Positions 40,623 to 42,783 of a stretch of DNA of 42,783 nucleotides are shown piece by piece. Positions within the stretch are counted from its first letter, which is position 1. Every line of letters begins with the position of its first letter. The stretch is taken from the IMG/VR virus record IMGVR_UViG_2630968543_000005; one strand, written 5' to 3'. This DNA is from a virus. Lineage: Duplodnaviria > Heunggongvirae > Uroviricota > Caudoviricetes. Below the pieces are notes generated by a model that saw nothing but the letters and a program-made list of their open reading frames with translations, did not search any database and was not told the origin of the DNA. Made by a program: the position numbers and the translations under genes.

Positions 40623-40652
40623 CCGCACCCGATAGCTTTGCGGCTTTTTTAT
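40623..40652 (+). terminator. Terminator candidate at end of early-left operon
   Basis: CCGCA-N11-TGCGG followed by CTTTTTT. Confidence 0.4.
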
Positions 40653-40804
40653 GCCTGTTTACAGGTATCGCCATATCTATGGCGGGTCGAGAGAGCCTAA
40701 TAGAACACCCTTTCGGGAAATAAGCTCCGCCGTCTGACGCGGTAGTTGAAGCCCGCCACCCCACTAAGGTGGCAGTCAATACTAAAACGTCAGGAGTCAT
40801 GATT

Positions 40805-41428
40805 ATGGCTATTCAACTCATCCCCGTATTCAACGGCACTATCGCCAACGAAACCACTCTTCTCGTTAATGCTCGCGATTTACATACTTTTCTTGGGGTA
40901 GGTAAACGCTTTGCATCGTGGATTACAGAACGCATTGCTGAATATGGTTTCGTTGAAAATCAGGACTATATTTTGGTTTCCCCAAATCGGGAAATCAAAG
41001 GTCGAGGAGGCGATCGCCGTAGCAAAGACTATCACCTCACCCTCGATACGGCCAAAGAAACTGCGATGGTCGAGCGCAACGAAAAAGGCCGCCAGATACG
41101 CCGATACTTCATCGAGTGCGAAAAGAAACTTCGCAGCATGCAACCAGCGCAGCAATTCACAGACGAGGAAATCATCCTCCTCTGCTACATGCAGGTACAG
41201 ATGGAGAATGCACAGGACATCTGCAAACGCCTGTACCCGATAATGAAGGAACTTAACTCATCATACGCGAGTAAGCTGTATGACATTGCGTTTGAAACCT
41301 TCTATGCGGTGACGAAAAACAGAGATGTACTGCTCAGGGAGGCGACACGACTTGACCAGGCAAGCGCCGTTTTCGAACGGGCAAGACCAATGTTGAAAAG
41401 CCTTCGGGCGAGACAATTCGAATTTTAA
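40805..41428 (+). CDS. AntA/AntB-domain antirepressor-like protein
   Basis: ..LLVNARDLHTFLGVGKRFASWITERIAEYGFVENQDYIL.. AntA-type N-terminal domain; AGGAG RBS; alternative ATG 40799. Confidence 0.55.
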   Translation: MAIQLIPVFNGTIANETTLLVNARDLHTFLGVGKRFASWITERIAEYGFVENQDYILVSPNREIKGRGGDRRSKDYHLTLDTAKETAMVERNEKGRQIRRYFIECEKKLRSMQPAQQFTDEEIILLCYMQVQMENAQDICKRLYPIMKELNSSYASKLYDIAFETFYAVTKNRDVLLREATRLDQASAVFERARPMLKSLRARQFEF

Positions 41429-41433
41429 TCATC

Positions 41434-41457
41434 AAAGGAGCTTCGGCTCCTTTTTTG
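41434..41457 (+). terminator. Rho-independent terminator after antA-like gene
   Basis: AAAGGAGC-TTCG-GCTCCTTT followed by TTTTGTT. Confidence 0.6.
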
Positions 41458-41513
41458 TTGGAGAAAAATCAACCACTACTCGTTCCCTTGCGAGTAATTG
41501 CGGAGACTTTGCG

Positions 41514-41732
41514 ATGTACTTGACACTTCAGGAGTGGAACGCTCGCCAGCGACGCCCAAGAAGCCTTGAAACAGTTCGTCGATGGGTGCGCGAATGCAGG
41601 ATATTCCCTCCTCCGGTTAAGGATGGAAGAGAGTATCTGTTCCACGAATCAGCGGTAAAGGTTGACTTAAATCGACCAGTAACAGGTAGCCTTTTGAAGA
41701 GGATCAGAAATGGGAAGAAGGCGAAGTCATGA
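41514..41732 (+). CDS. xis: Excisionase (lambda Xis-like)
   Basis: 72 aa MYLTLQEWNARQRRPRSLETVRRWVRECRIFPPPVKDGREYLFHESAVKVDL.. essentially lambda Xis as recalled; overlaps int start. Confidence 0.9.
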   Translation: MYLTLQEWNARQRRPRSLETVRRWVRECRIFPPPVKDGREYLFHESAVKVDLNRPVTGSLLKRIRNGKKAKS

Positions 41733-42783
41733 GCGCCGGGATTTACCCCCTAACCTTTATATAAGAAACAATGGATATTACTGCTACAGGGACCCAAGGA
41801 CGGGTAAAGAGTTTGGATTAGGCCGAGACAGGAGGATAGCAATCACTGAAGCAATACAGGCCAATATTGAGTTACTCTCAGACAGCGGACGCAAATCACT
41901 GATAGACAGAATTAAAGGCGGTGACGCAATCACTCTTCATGTGTGGCTTGACCGATATGAAAGAATCCTCACCGAAAGGGGGATCAGGCCGAAAACTCTA
42001 CTCGACTACGCCAGCAAAATCAGGGCAATCCGAAGAAAATTGCCGGACAAACCGCTCACTGACATATCAACGAAAGATGTGGCAGCAATGCTAAACACCT
42101 ACGTAGCGGAAGGTAAAGCAGCTTCCGCAAAATTAATCAGGTCAACCCTTGTTGACGTTTTTCGTGAAGCAATAGCCGAGGGGCATGTGGCAACGAATCC
42201 GGTAACAGCAACCCGTACAGCAAAGTCAGAAGTAAGGCGCTCAAGGCTGACAGCTAATGAGTATGTCGAGATTTACCATGCAGCCGAACCTCTCCCTATC
42301 TGGCTAAGGCTGGCGATGGATTTGGCCGTCGTTACAGGGCAGAGAGTCGGCGATTTGTGCAGAATGAAATGGTCAGACATAAACGACAACCATCTTCACA
42401 TTGAACAGAGTAAAACAGGGGCTAAACTCGCCATTCCGCTAACGCTAACGATTGACGCGCTCAATATCTCATTGGCTGATACACTACAGAAATGCAGGGA
42501 GGCCAGCAGCAGTGAAACTATAATCGCATCAAAGCATCACGATCCGCTTTCCCCGAAAACAGTATCAAAGTATTTTACAAAGGCGAGAAATGCATCTGGA
42601 CTCTCATTTGATGGAAACCCGCCAACATTCCATGAACTGCGTAGCCTGTCAGCGAGGCTATACCGGAACCAGATTGGCGATAAGTTTGCTCAACGTCTTC
42701 TCGGGCATAAATCAGATTCAATGGCGGCGCGGTATAGGGACAGCCGTGGACGGGAATGGGACAAAATTGAAATCGACAAATGA
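41710..42783 (+). CDS. int: Tyrosine integrase (lambda Int family)
   Basis: 357 aa; MGRRRSHERRDLPPNLYIRNNGYYCYRDPRTGKEFGLGRDRRIAITEAIQANIEL.. and C-terminal ..HELRSLSARLY..LLGHKSDSMAARYRDSRGREWDKIEI match lambda Int; divergent segment at aa ~55-135; TGA stop at window end. Confidence 0.9.
   Translation: MGRRRSHERRDLPPNLYIRNNGYYCYRDPRTGKEFGLGRDRRIAITEAIQANIELLSDSGRKSLIDRIKGGDAITLHVWLDRYERILTERGIRPKTLLDYASKIRAIRRKLPDKPLTDISTKDVAAMLNTYVAEGKAASAKLIRSTLVDVFREAIAEGHVATNPVTATRTAKSEVRRSRLTANEYVEIYHAAEPLPIWLRLAMDLAVVTGQRVGDLCRMKWSDINDNHLHIEQSKTGAKLAIPLTLTIDALNISLADTLQKCREASSSETIIASKHHDPLSPKTVSKYFTKARNASGLSFDGNPPTFHELRSLSARLYRNQIGDKFAQRLLGHKSDSMAARYRDSRGREWDKIEIDK

Noticed and set aside
39512-40628. 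Minus-strand ORFs 39512-39997 (161 aa) and 40278-40628 (116 aa).
   Set aside because: Antisense to the Ea22-like and DUF551 genes in a uniformly plus-strand operon.
1-42783. CRISPR arrays, rRNA genes, or attL/attR core sites.
   Set aside because: No regularly spaced direct repeats with unique spacers; the window starts and ends at terminal gene stop codons, so the att sites must lie outside it.

Overview
The whole window is one lambdoid prophage of mosaic type, running from the tailspike stop codon (1-3) to the integrase stop codon (42781-42783); neither attachment site is inside the window. The minus strand carries a P22-like virion/packaging block (tailspike, ant/arc/mnt immI region, ejection proteins, tail needle, gp10, gp4, coat, scaffold, portal, terL, terS), then a phage-21-like lysis cassette (Rz/Rz1, SAR endolysin, dual-start pinholin), Q with PR'/tR', a lambda-like nin region, an intact IS2 with a 5-bp target duplication, a primase-helicase, a lambda-O-like initiator with internal iterons, cII and cro. 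The plus strand carries a cI repressor (novel N-terminal domain, lambda-like C-terminal domain), P22-type nutL and N, an accessory two-gene cassette, cIII, an Erf-related annealing protein, HNH endonuclease, SSB, exonuclease, Ea22-like and DUF551 genes, an AntA-like gene, and lambda-like xis and int. The tailspike pairs a P22-type head-binding domain with a putative endosialidase, suggesting a K1-capsule-specific phage. The best candidates for undescribed cargo are the two-gene locus at 4762-6216 (P22 sieA position) and the N-proximal cassette at 34651-35408. All calls are from reading the sequence and recalled protein families; no database search was run.
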